From Sarea resinae (Eukaryota): a stretch of 64,000 nucleotides of DNA. The stretch spans positions 372,001-436,000 of the forward strand of contig JAPEUD010000011.1 of the NCBI GenBank assembly GCA_026026165.1, written 5' to 3'. Below are positions 1 through 10,563 of the stretch, one piece after another. Within the stretch, counting starts at the first letter, position 1. Every line of letters starts with the position of its first letter. The notes under the pieces were generated by a model. That model ran no database searches. It saw only the letters and a list, made by a program, of their open reading frames with translations, and was not told the DNA's origin. A program made the position numbers and the translations under genes.

Positions 1-1499
1 CGCCCTAGAGCTTGCCGCCCCCAGTGTCATCCCTCTTCCCGCCATCAGCCCTGCCGGTCTAAGCAGCTCTATCGTCAAAGAAAACAACACCGGACAGCGT
101 TCGGAAACTCTTGAGCGTGCCCAGACTATTTATAGTGCAGTCAGCAACGGCCGCTGCAGCAACTACGCGGTCAAATATCAATCAAGCACTCTGGATGTGA
201 AAGAAAGAGTAGGTTAGCAACAAAATATTCATAGGTCTAGCTAAACATCGCCTTGCAAAAGGCCTCGCCGAGGCTCCTCGCTCGCAGATCTCTCACCAAA
301 CTCCTACTTGATCGCTATGTCTTCGCCGATCAAGCAAAAGACCAGCACGGAATTACTATATATAAAGCGAGCAAGGCTAGATCCTCGAGCAAGCGCCTCG
401 GATGAGGTTATATTCAGTATATATCAAGAGAGAGTTTCGTGCCTTTTACCAGACGACCGTTACAATATCTACGTTGTCATGGTATCCATCGAAACTGTCG
501 AAATTACATTCGCAATATAGAAGAGGTGATCCGCGAGCTACTACAAGATATAGAGAAGCTCAAAGAAGCCATCATTGACTACTCTAAAACTGACTCATTT
601 GCTAGTTTAGGCAACGCACAAAGGAGCGATAGGTTAGACATCAGCATCACGAGGGACCTTAGAGTAGTAAAGCTGCCCCCGTAAGTCTTTCTTATCCTCG
701 TTCTTAACGACGTTTCTCAAAGTTAGTTCATCTAGCGCATCGACGAGCGAATCAGTGGACTGTAAATCAACTAAATCGTTGTCTTCGAGGTGAGTGGTTT
801 GCATCTCTGCTTTGACTACCATGGCTAACCTTAACTCTTCACAGGTCGCTGACGGACTTTCTAGCGGAATTACTCAGAATGATATGTGACAAATACGTCA
901 AGGATCTACCGACGACGATTGTTCTGTGCCTAGCCAGCAAGCATGCCATCAGCCTCCTCCACGTGAGTAGGACGTCCCGCTAACTCGTTGGCCGGCGACT
1001 CGTCCGCCAAGCAACTGTGTACTGTCTGTCCAGCGAATAGGTCAGAGCGCGCTTCCTTAAGAAGGTATTCAAGGCTGCCTGGCCAATCTGTTCCCCTTGG
1101 CCACAATGTTCGGCAAGATGACAGTGATATGGATCGATATAGAAGCCGATCTTGCTCTCAGTCCATGGGGCTCGAGGCTAGAGTCGTCACTGAGGAGCAG
1201 AAGCTAGCTAAATACATCACACTAGCAGCTACGAGGGTCTTGAGGTCCGTTTCAGACACTTCTCTCCACGATTCAGGGTCTCCCACGAATTAGCCAAGGC
1301 TCTTCGTCATATCTTGCAATTCCGATGCCAAGAAGCGAAAAACCTCCAAAAAGCCAACAGATGAAAACTAAGACTTATAATAGCCTCTATAAAGACTAAG
1401 AAGCCGCAAATGTCTAAGAAATACACAGGCGCTCTGAAGCCTTAGGACAGCTGCTACCGAGATGAGAAAGACGCTAGTATTTCAAGTATAAGAGGCTGT

Positions 1500-2120
1500 A
1501 GACCTCCAAAAAGCAAGAAACCCCCTGACCGTTTCCTCTTTATAGGTGGATCATATGCATGGAGGTTCTATAAGGCTACCATATCAGATAAAGCCGTTAT
1601 GTTGCACGTCCCAGCGGCAGGAGAGGGGTACGAAATTGCCCTTGACATGCGGCCGGGAGGCATCAGGCGTATGGCAGTCAACATTTTACATCCAGAGGCT
1701 GTTTTGTGAGGCATGACCCAGCTTGCCATGAAAGCAGATTGCGTCACGAATCTGTTCCTTGCAATGGCAGGCGTGCGATCCGATAACTTGTCGGAATGTT
1801 ACTTTACCGAGCTGTCTTTGACTCGAAGTTATAACTCCTCGAGATTGCTTTCGACATGGCCGACGAGTGCGAGAGGACACGCGTGGAAAGCAATGTCTAT
1901 TCAAAAGCTCGAAGAGTAAGTGAACGTGAACGATCTGACTGGAAATTTCTACAGGTTGTTGTTTATCGTGGGCCGAGGAATACATTGGCGTGTCGTTTGA
2001 AGAAGCTTCCTCCAGAGGGGACAAGATGGCAGACTTAGTTCTGTGTAAGATGAAGATCTGAGCACAAATACACTGTATTGAACGCGGCGTGGTACACGAA
2101 CTAACGCCTCCTGGGTCCAC
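1500..2120 (+). pseudogene. Decayed copy A of an unknown ORF family (paralog of 3805-4443)
   Basis: About 1520-1650 aligns with about 4070-4197 (gccgttatgttgcacgtcccagcggcaggagaggggtacgaaattgcccttgaca vs gccgttatgttgcaagtcccagcggccggggagttgtacggaatcgcccttgaca); continues as LDMRPGGIRRMAVNILHPEAVL and is interrupted by stops. Confidence 0.55.
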
Positions 2121-2491
2121 TGGATTGCTGGCTGTTCAAACCCGGACGATGAATCTTGCACGGCAAGGAACCATAATACGACAGTACTGGTACGACGAAA
2201 AAGTCTCTGTCGGTAAGAACGGGGATACGCGGATGACCTATGGGGTTACAAGACGGTCTGTCAAAATCAGACTAGGTAAGACGTTCGGGAGTCAATTTCA
2301 TGACAAGCTGACAAAAATATACTACTTGACTCCGGCATTGAGATAAAGGTAGCAGACGAAAAGGTGTGGATGCGGACAAGAGGGGAATTATCAGTTTTGA
2401 AGGACGGGGCTGATCTTCTTGAAACACTAGATAGAGAGCTGTGTCATCTTGCTGAGTCTGACTGAATGTGCGCAGTTTGGTCCCTTGAGCT

Positions 2492-2620
2492 TCTGCTCTC
2501 TTGCTCTTGGGTTTTATTTCCTTGCTCTTGCATTTTGCTTTCTTACTCTTGACTTTTGTTTCCTTGCTCTTCCATTTTGCCTCCTTGGTCTTGATTTTTG
2601 CTTTCATGCTCTTGACTTCT
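2492..2620 (-). repeat. About 6 x 21-bp tandem repeat encoding heptads (RSQEHES KNQDQGG KMEEQGN KSQE*ES KMQEQGN KTQEQES)
   Basis: 21-nt periodicity of cttgctcttg-like units; one unit has TAA (2543-2545) where most others have CAA. Confidence 0.75.
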
Positions 2621-3804
2621 TCGGAGGGACTACTCGAATGGCGTAGCGTGTTGCTTCTGGCGTGTTGCCTCTAATGCGCTGCTCGTCTGAATACTTTGGC
2701 ATCTGGTGCATATTCCAAGTACATTCCGCAGTCTCGTAGAACGTCCCAGGCCGAGCTTCCTAAAGTTTGAGAGTTAACTTAGTCCGGCCTCTCGTAAGAG
2801 TTGATGGCCGTGAAGCGTTGCTTTGCTGAGGGCATTGATCGCCAAAGGCCGGTCTTGCACAGCAATGCGACCCTCTTTTGCTATAATTCTTAGCAGTCTT
2901 TTTTACCACAAGGAGTTGTACTTAGTAGTCTCTTTTACATTGAGAACTACTATCTCTCTCTGCTTTTTTTACGAACGTCACTACTTTGAGAGAAGCTTCT
3001 TTACTAATCAAATATAGTGTTTAGTTAAGATTTTCACGACAGGTCAGGTCCAAGTTTACAGTGGCTAGCAGAAGTGGTTATATTCTGGCTAGTATCTCCT
3101 TTCAGCGCCTGCGTCAAGCAGAGCTCCTTCATAAGGAGGTAATCCAGGCAGACGTAAAATGCAGTCTGTATGAGGTCTACACCTGAGTTCCTTCTGAAAT
3201 AAAAAAAGACGAGCCATTGGGGAGGCAGGAGCGATACCTCGATGCTGTTCTGGGAAACTGCGTCCTCGAGCTGGCCGTCCGTGGGTATAGTCGTTGCCAT
3301 CTTCGAGGATTCCTGGCCACAGCATCACAGCCGTTGATCTTGAATATTGCCGCGGACAGTTCGTTGGTTCGTCTGTAAGTCCGTTCATCAATATCATCGT
3401 TACCATTCTCAAGTCCTTGGCCACAGGGTCACAGCCGTTGGTCTTGAGCATCAGTCTCGACATCAAATTAGCTCGTCTGACGGAGTAAACACTGTCGTGA
3501 CGATGTCTACAAAAAGGCTAGAGCAGCTAGACAATAGTGAGGCGGGGCAGGAAGTCCAGGAGTATGGCTCAACCAAGTGCCCAATATCAGAGGTAGACAT
3601 GTTCGACTGCTTGTGGCAGGTCAAGAAAACTCAGCCAGTTTATATTCATGCTGCACCCGAGGATATCATCCGACCCAGCATGGTACAAGAATTTCGGCCT
3701 TGAGGACCCACCAGCGAACCTGCGGAAGTTAGAAAAGATGCTGAAAGGCTTTGAAGACGAACAGATATTGATCCATCTCAAAACGCCCGAAGGAGCACCT
3801 GAGT

Positions 3805-4443
3805 TTGCCTTCTGGTGATACATATAGCTCGATCGGGTCGGCCCTTCATTACCCGCCTCTGAATGGTTCACCACGAGCATTTCTCGACCACTCAAATTGC
3901 TGTATCAGGCCAATTATCAGCAGAGGCCTGAATGAAGAGACAAGGTTCGGATTCGATTGGCACTATCGTCGGGAGACACCACCTAAAAGTAGGACATGGC
4001 CGACAGCTCTATACGACGCAGAGCTTAAAAGGTGCCATGAAACGATGACAATGCAGATCCTAGAGATGCTGCCCCTGCCTTTTCTCCTTGTAGTTGGGTT
4101 ATGCGCGTGGGGGTCATACAATCCCACGCTATCAAAGAACGCCGTTATGTTGCAAGTCCCAGCGGCCGGGGAGTTGTACGGAATCGCCCTTGACACAGCA
4201 GCTAACTCCTATGATGCGCACCTATTTAACAATCAAACAAGAATCCGTGAAGGCAGACTCTGTAGTCTTAGCACGTGGGATGCGAAGACTTTAGAAGTCG
4301 TACCCGAGGAAGATGCAATTCGCATCTATGCCCAATGCCATCGAGTGATGCGCAGGAAGCTAAAACTCAACAGCTACAACAAGGAGAGATACACGGCCAG
4401 ATTCAATATCTGGAAAGATTGTCTTACAAAGCTGCTGCTGTAG
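3805..4443 (+). pseudogene. Copy B of the unknown ORF family (partial ORF, no ATG start)
   Basis: 212-codon ORF containing ALHYPP...GLNEETRFGFDWHYRRE...LPLPFLLVVGLCAW; lacks the IRR...HPE segment seen in copy A. Confidence 0.5.
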
Positions 4444-4829
4444 CAACTTCAGTACTAAGCTAAGAGATAGGCGTTTAGAGCCAGACAACGTCTCTTGCTA
4501 GCGGTAGTACGGTGCCACAGAGCTGCGATTTCAGGTGGCTCTGCCAAACGGATTGATATTTTACAAAGCCCATCACGAAGACGAGAAGTTATGTGTGCCT
4601 GACGGTCCACTCGAGCAAGATATACATGCGTTAGGTTATGATTACCGGTAACATGCAGGTTTTCACCGAGCATACGCCACAATATTCCAATCGATGATCA
4701 TTCCCCGCATGTCTAGGAGCCTCCGCCACTACATCGCCCATTGCCCCCAACCTCAATTGAACTGCACTTATCGGCTGCTAAGCTTATGCCCTTAAGAGCG
4801 CCAAAAATAGGGAACACTTATAGTTAGGT

Positions 4830-5723
4830 GGTTTGTATCAATGATTACTTCCTGTTCAAGAGGCCGCTTATGAGTATCTTAGAGGACAATCTCAAGTTTA
4901 TCAGTGGCTCGGATGATATAAGGGAGGAGAATATCAAGGTCAAGATTGTCTTCGATAATCCCTTAGCTAACAGACAATCCCCAGCAACTTCTTAGCTAAA
5001 TACACTACTTGAGCTGCATCTTATTAGACTAACTCTAAAGGACGATACTCATGACAAGACAGCGTTTGCTTTAATTTCCAGTATCGATGTAAAGAACGTG
5101 CTGCAACTGACAGGGTTGCTAGACGCACTTCCTCTTGGTTCAAATAATTTGACACCATCCCCTCAACCTCTCCTTAGTCTTAGCAATAGGGTCAAACCAG
5201 CAATTCTCGGCACTTGGCCTTCGGACAACCTAAGCATTAGAGGATATCTATTAAGCTTAGAGATATAATACTTTAGGTGGAGTTGCGGCTTTGAAAGGCT
5301 TTCTTGGCACCGGGAAGACGCATACCACGGGCTATCTCCTGGCTACATACTCTCACATCAAATGGCCGAACTAGAGATGCTCGCCACAAGAGACGACTGG
5401 AGCTGTCGGATCGCGACTTTCGGTTCCTTCCACGACGAGAGGACGGGCTAATCATTGCGACCTTCACAAAGTCGCAAGGGAGCTTGGGTTTTCTCCAGTC
5501 CAGACGTAGGATCAATGTAGCGACGTCGCGTGCTCGTGAGTGCTTTTACGTCGTTGGGAACTACGAGTATTTCACGGCATCAAAAGACTTGCCCAATCCT
5601 TTGCTCAATATTATCCGCGCAAACGAAGCTAGACTCCGCGAGTTGGGAACTGGGATCGATTTTCGCATCCCATTTCGGGAAAGCTGGTACTTTTGTGATC
5701 ATTTTTGTGGTACCGTAGCTTAA
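4830..5723 (+). pseudogene. UPF1/DNA2/NAM7-like superfamily 1 helicase relic (AAA_12 C-terminal domain)
   Basis: FQYRC near 5080; LLATYS/HQ near 5340-5360; RIATFGSFH-[frameshift near 5434]-REDGLIIATF matches TVDxFQGRE; LGFLQSRRRINVATSRARECFYVVGN matches motif VI. Confidence 0.8.
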
Positions 5724-5954
5724 TTAGAATTCAAGTAAGCTCAATCACTACAAATGCTAGCCACTGTAGACTCGGACCTGACCTGTTGTAACAATCCTAA
5801 AGTAACACGGTCAAAAACACCAAGAGATTTTACACATTCAAACATAGGCTGGTAAATAACAAAAGTAAGAAAGACAGGTGAATAGTGGAGCTCATGCCAC
5901 AACACCGCAAGCAGCGGCACTGCGAGGAAGGGGGATAAAAAAAGGGGCAAAAAT

Positions 5955-6044
5955 TGTCGCTTGTGTGGATCGAACACACTACCTCCAGATTTTTGACCAA
6001 GGTGGAACTTCAGTCTGGCGCTCTCCCAATTGAGCTAAAGCGAC
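5955..6044 (-). tRNA. tRNA-Phe(GAA) with 17-nt intron (5991-6007)
   Basis: Reverse complement reads GTCGCTTTAGCTCAATTGGGAGAGCGCCAGACTGAAG-[intron]-ATCTGGAGGTAGTGTGTTCGATCCACACAAGCGACA; paired acceptor, anticodon and T stems; T-runs downstream fit a Pol III terminator. Confidence 0.96.
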
Positions 6045-6587
6045 TGCTTGGTGATACAAGGCTGAGGATTTATAGAATATATGAACTCTTGACGAGATTT
6101 CACCGCGAGTAGATAAGTACTGCGTACGGTACCTCATCCGCGCCATTCGAGACTACCTTAGGTATGTACTACTGCGGTGGGCGTTCCTCTATCAAGTGCC
6201 TGCGTTCATGTTCGACATCATACCTTATCCATGGATATTTCCTTCTCCAAGGTCTTTTGCTCCGAGAGTTTCCCTCTGGCTTATCAGAAACCTTTTTCCC
6301 GCCTTCTTCTCTTTTTATAGTATGATTGTATGATACCTCGCACCGGGCAGGCTGAATCAATTGATTCCCAATCTATTCTGTGCCCGCTGCCCCTCTGATG
6401 ACGTGATAGCTATAGCATCACGACGCGGGGTCCCTATCATCTCCGTGCTCATCCCACGGCTGAGAAGTAAACACCACGGAAGCGTCCACTGCCCAGCTCC
6501 CGACACCAGCCATCACAATCTAAAACGCAAATTTGCTTCCTTCTTCCGTTGTCCATCAATTGATCACCTCCATACTCGCCGCCGAAA

Positions 6588-7694
6588 ATGGCCACGCCAA
6601 CAATCGAGCTCGCGATCCTGGACGACTACCAGAACGTCGCCTTCGCGCACTTCGAAAAGACGCACCCACGCCAACTGCAAATCACATGCATCCCGTCGAC
6701 CCTGCCCCCCTTCTCGCACCCGTCGACGACGGCCGCGCAGAAAGCCGAACTGATCGCCCGGCTGCGCCCGTTCCAGATCATCTCGACGATGCGCGAACGC
6801 ACGCCGTTTCCGCGCGAGCTGCTCGCCGAACTGCCCAACCTGCGGCTCCTGCTGACGACGGGCCCGTACAACGCGGCCATCGACATGGCGGCCGCCAAGG
6901 AGCTCGGCATCGCCGTGTGCGGCACCACGGGCGGCGGCCGGTCCGATAGGCCTGCCCCCGCGGCCCCCTCGAACGGCACCGACTCGACCACGCAGCACGC
7001 GTGGGCGCTGATCCTGGGGCTGGCGCGGCACATTGCGCGCGACGACGCCGTGGTCAAGGCCGGCGGGTGGCAGACGGACCTCGCGGTGGGACTGGTGGGG
7101 AAGACGCTGGGGCTGGTGGGCCTGGGCCGGCTGGGCCCGGCGGTCGGCCGGATCGGCGTGCTGGCGTTCGGCATGAAAGTGGCGGCGTGGTCGTCGTCGC
7201 TGACGCAGGCGGGCGCGGACGAAAAAGCCCGCGCCGCCGGCCTGCCTGTCACGGACCCCTCGACGGGCGAAAAGACGTTCCGCGCCGTCAGCAAGGCCGC
7301 GCTGTTCGAGACCGCCGACGTCGTGAGCGTGCACTACACCCTGAGTCCCCGGTCGGCGGGCATCGTCGGCGCGGCCGAGCTCGGCGCGATGAAGAAGAGC
7401 GCGCTGCTGGTCAACACGTCGCGCGGGCCCGTCGTCGACGAGGCCGCGCTGCTGGCCGCGCTGCAGGACGGCGCCATCCGCGGCGCCGCGCTCGACGTGT
7501 TCGAGCTCGAGCCCTTGCCGCCGCACAGCGCGTGGCGCACGACGCCGTGGGGCCAGCACGGCCGCAGCGAGGTCGTGCTGAGTCCGCACATGGGCTATGT
7601 CGAGGAGGCCACCGTGCACGCCTGGTACGACGAGACGGCCGAGAACGTCGAGCGCTGGATCGACGGCCGCGAGCTGCGGTCGAGGATCAATTGA
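6588..7694 (+). CDS. D-isomer-specific 2-hydroxyacid dehydrogenase (PGDH-like), intronless
   Basis: AILDDYQ N-terminus, MRERTPF, Rossmann GLGRLG, catalytic NTSRG / DVFELEP / SPHMG. Confidence 0.92.
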   Translation: MATPTIELAILDDYQNVAFAHFEKTHPRQLQITCIPSTLPPFSHPSTTAAQKAELIARLRPFQIISTMRERTPFPRELLAELPNLRLLLTTGPYNAAIDMAAAKELGIAVCGTTGGGRSDRPAPAAPSNGTDSTTQHAWALILGLARHIARDDAVVKAGGWQTDLAVGLVGKTLGLVGLGRLGPAVGRIGVLAFGMKVAAWSSSLTQAGADEKARAAGLPVTDPSTGEKTFRAVSKAALFETADVVSVHYTLSPRSAGIVGAAELGAMKKSALLVNTSRGPVVDEAALLAALQDGAIRGAALDVFELEPLPPHSAWRTTPWGQHGRSEVVLSPHMGYVEEATVHAWYDETAENVERWIDGRELRSRIN

Positions 7695-8039
7695 GTGCCG
7701 TTCCTGGAGATGCGGAATCGAGCGTGCTTTATCAAAACATGGCGTCGGGTCAATCGGGGGTTTTTTTTCTCTCTGCTGAGCTTGGACTGAGCTAGGGACG
7801 GTCGTGCTCTACTCGCTGTGGAATCGGAATCAGAATGGGAAAGGAAAAGGGGGAGGGGCTAGGGGCGGTTTGCTATCCGATCAGAGCGCTGTCCGTCTCG
7901 GTGGACTACACTTGCAAACAAACCATAACTACAGCCATACCTACAACCATACCTATATACTTATATGTAAAGCAGAGCGTCGATCTTTCTCTTCCCAACA
8001 AACAAGCAAACAAAAACAACCAGCAAGATTGGCAACCAG

Positions 8040-8360
8040 ATGAGGACCACGAGGATCACGACGGGACCACGAAGATCAGGATCAGGATCAGTATCCGGTC
8101 CAGGAGCAGGAGCAGGAGCAAGAGACCTAGCTAGGCGAACAGAAAAATGACGATGACGACGATGATGACAATGACAATGACAACGACAATGACAATTACA
8201 ATGACAATAATCTCGGCAGTCAAACCCGCAATTTCTGATTCTCAATCTCATTCTCATTCTCAATCTCATTCTCATTCTCAATCTCATTCTCATTCTTAAA
8301 AACCCCCGTTTCATGCCACCAGCCTAGACTACCTAGACTACCTAGACTACCTAGACTTGA
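8040..8360. repeat. Compound microsatellite cluster (gatcag, ggagca, gacaat, ctcatt, tagactacc units)
   Basis: Directly visible tandem 3-, 6- and 9-mers between convergent genes. Confidence 0.9.
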
Positions 8361-8714
8361 ACTCAACTACCCTTCAACATTTCCCAAACGCCGTTCCCAG
8401 CTAGCTACCTATAAAATACTCAGATGAAAGCAATACAAACCAAGCAACATATTCAACCCCTTGTGCTGGTGTGGTGTGGCTGGCTGGCTGGCTGCTGGCG
8501 TGAGACGAGGTGAACATGGGAAAATTGCACGGAATTCGGGACCCGTGAAGAGATTCTTTCCGTTCGTGTCGTCTTGCTCCCCGCCCTCCTTTCCGAGCCC
8601 GTCCGTCCCTTGGATCGCGTGTCCTTTCGTGCTTGGCGTAGTTTGGAACACACTTCCCATGTAGGCTCTCGACGTTGATGATGGCGAGGATGGCATCATA
8701 TCGCAAGCAGCGCA

Positions 8715-10563
8715 CTACCCCTCCGTTATGCCAGCAGCGACATCGGCAGTCAAAGTATCCGTCGGTTTGCCGTCCGCGTCCGTGACGACGACGTAGTCGC
8801 TCTCATCGGCCTCGGGCTCCGCGGCGCCAATCCCGACTCCAGAAGAAGGCGGGTCGGCAGCGCGATCGGTCTTGTCGTGTTCGTCGTGCATGGTTTCTCC
8901 CACGACGTCAGCCGCGTCGGCGCTCTGGTCTGGCATGTCCGTGTCCGAGGTAGTGGTGGTGGGTGGTTCGGCGCTCTGACTGCCTTCTGCTTCCGCTTCC
9001 GCTGGCGCGTTCGTCACGTCGGACATGTCTTCGTTGGCCGCTTCATCGGCATGGGCGTCGTCGGCGCCGTCGAGACCCCCATGACCTCGAGGCACGCTTC
9101 GGCCCAGCGCGGCCTCGACGTCGAATCCGCCGCCCCGAGATGTAGACGGCGGCCCCTGCGGTCCCATGTCCGCCATGCCAACCTCCTCGGGGCCCCTGGC
9201 GTGCGGGTGTTCCGGCTCGTCGTCGGGTGGTGTTGCGTCCGTGCCGGTTGTCGCGGGAGTGGTATTAGTGGCGGTGTTGGCGGGGTTCAGCTCGGTCAGC
9301 AGCGGGCCACCGGCAGCAAGGGCGGAGCGCGTGCGGTTGGAGGGAGAGGACGACGAGTTGAGCGTCGAGATCGGCACGACGCCCGCTTGTTGTTCTTGAC
9401 GGAGGAGCTCGCCTTGGGTGACGGCGCCGGCGGAGCGGAGGGGTGGTGACGTTGCTGTAGGCGTAGTGTTGGCAGACGAAGAGGATGGAGCGGATGTGTC
9501 TTGCTGTTGATGGTGCGGGGACTGTGGAGACGAGGAACTGGATACGCCGTTGACGGAAACCGTGACGGTCTCGATGCTGCCCGTGCCGTTGGGTCCGTCG
9601 ACCATCTCCGTGCTCTCGGTGTGGACTTCGCCTTGTGTATTTTCTGATGCCGCACGGAGCCATGGGATCGGGGTCAGGAGTGCGCCGCCGAGGCTCTCGT
9701 CGCTGCCGAGGGAGGCACTGGTAAAACTCGAGCCGGCGCCTCGTGGCGGGGGCGAGCTGAGTCCCGATGCGCCGTTCAGCACGCTGTTGACGTCGCCGTT
9801 GGGAAGCGGGGTGTTGGGCAGCGGGAAAAGGTCGGCGCCCGAGGAGACGGTGACGACGCGGTCGAGGGCGCGCAGGTAGGAGGGCAGGGTGCGGTAGTAG
9901 GTTCGAGGGTGGAGGAGGAGCTCGGCGAGACGCTGGATGGTGTGTGGGGGGCTGGCGGCGAACTGGGAAGTCAGGGTTGTTTTGATAGAGGAGAGCAGCG
10001 AGAGGAGTGCGGGTGGTAAAGTGCCGTCTGGCGGTTGGAAGTTGTTGGCGTCGGCATCGGTGCTGAGCGGAGGAGGCGTGGGTTGCTGCGTCTCTGGGGG
10101 AGGAGCGTTTTCTTTATTGGTGGCTTGCGATGCTTGCGACGAGTCTTCTTGGCTGGAAGGGTCTGGTTGCTGCTGTTGCTGTTGGTCGTCTGGCTGCGTC
10201 GGCAGTATCGGTGCTGGTGGGAGAGCTTCTGGTGGTATCGTGGGCATGGGAAAGTCGTTGTATGCTATCTACTCGATGGTCAGAGGGGCCGCGAGGGAAA
10301 GCCGCGAGAGACTCACTCGGTCCAGTCGCGGTAGTATCCGTTCCAGTAGAGCAGGCCATTCCGGGCTGTAGAGACGGTCAGCCAGCATACCGACAGGACC
10401 AGCTCCTCCACTTACTAGTCCATCGAGCCATCTCGAGCTGCTGCTTGAAGCAGCTCGTCTTCTGTGAGTGCCATGTCAGCAATCCATCTTACGGTCCGTG
10501 GCGCAAAGAAGCCTGAGCAGTTCTATTGAGCCAGACAGCAATCGCGAACTCACCAAAACTCAT
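8715..10563 (-). CDS. Protein phosphatase 4 regulatory subunit 2 (PPP4R2/Psy4-like), 3 introns near the 5' end
   Basis: PPHTIQRLAELLLHPRTYYRTLPSYLRALDRVVTVSS core; spliced N-terminus MSF/EDELLQAAARDGSMDY/PEWPALLERILPRLDR/IAYNDFPMP; alternative in-frame ATG at 10474. Confidence 0.85.

Larger units (their letters stand above)
1..5900. other. Degenerate accessory block of pseudogene fragments, probably RIP-mutated
   Basis: No long intact ORF; many in-frame TAA/TAG; internal diverged duplications; frameshifted helicase relic; composition differs by eye from the GC-rich genes that follow. Confidence 0.65.

Noticed and set aside
6361..7795. Several long overlapping ORFs on both strands over the dehydrogenase
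   Set aside because: Shadow ORFs caused by very high GC; the same applies over PPP4R2, MST1, HIS4 and NUP2
7961..8314. ORF with MRMRLR and CHCHCH repeats resembling a metal-binding peptide
   Set aside because: Translation of hexanucleotide microsatellites on the non-coding spacer
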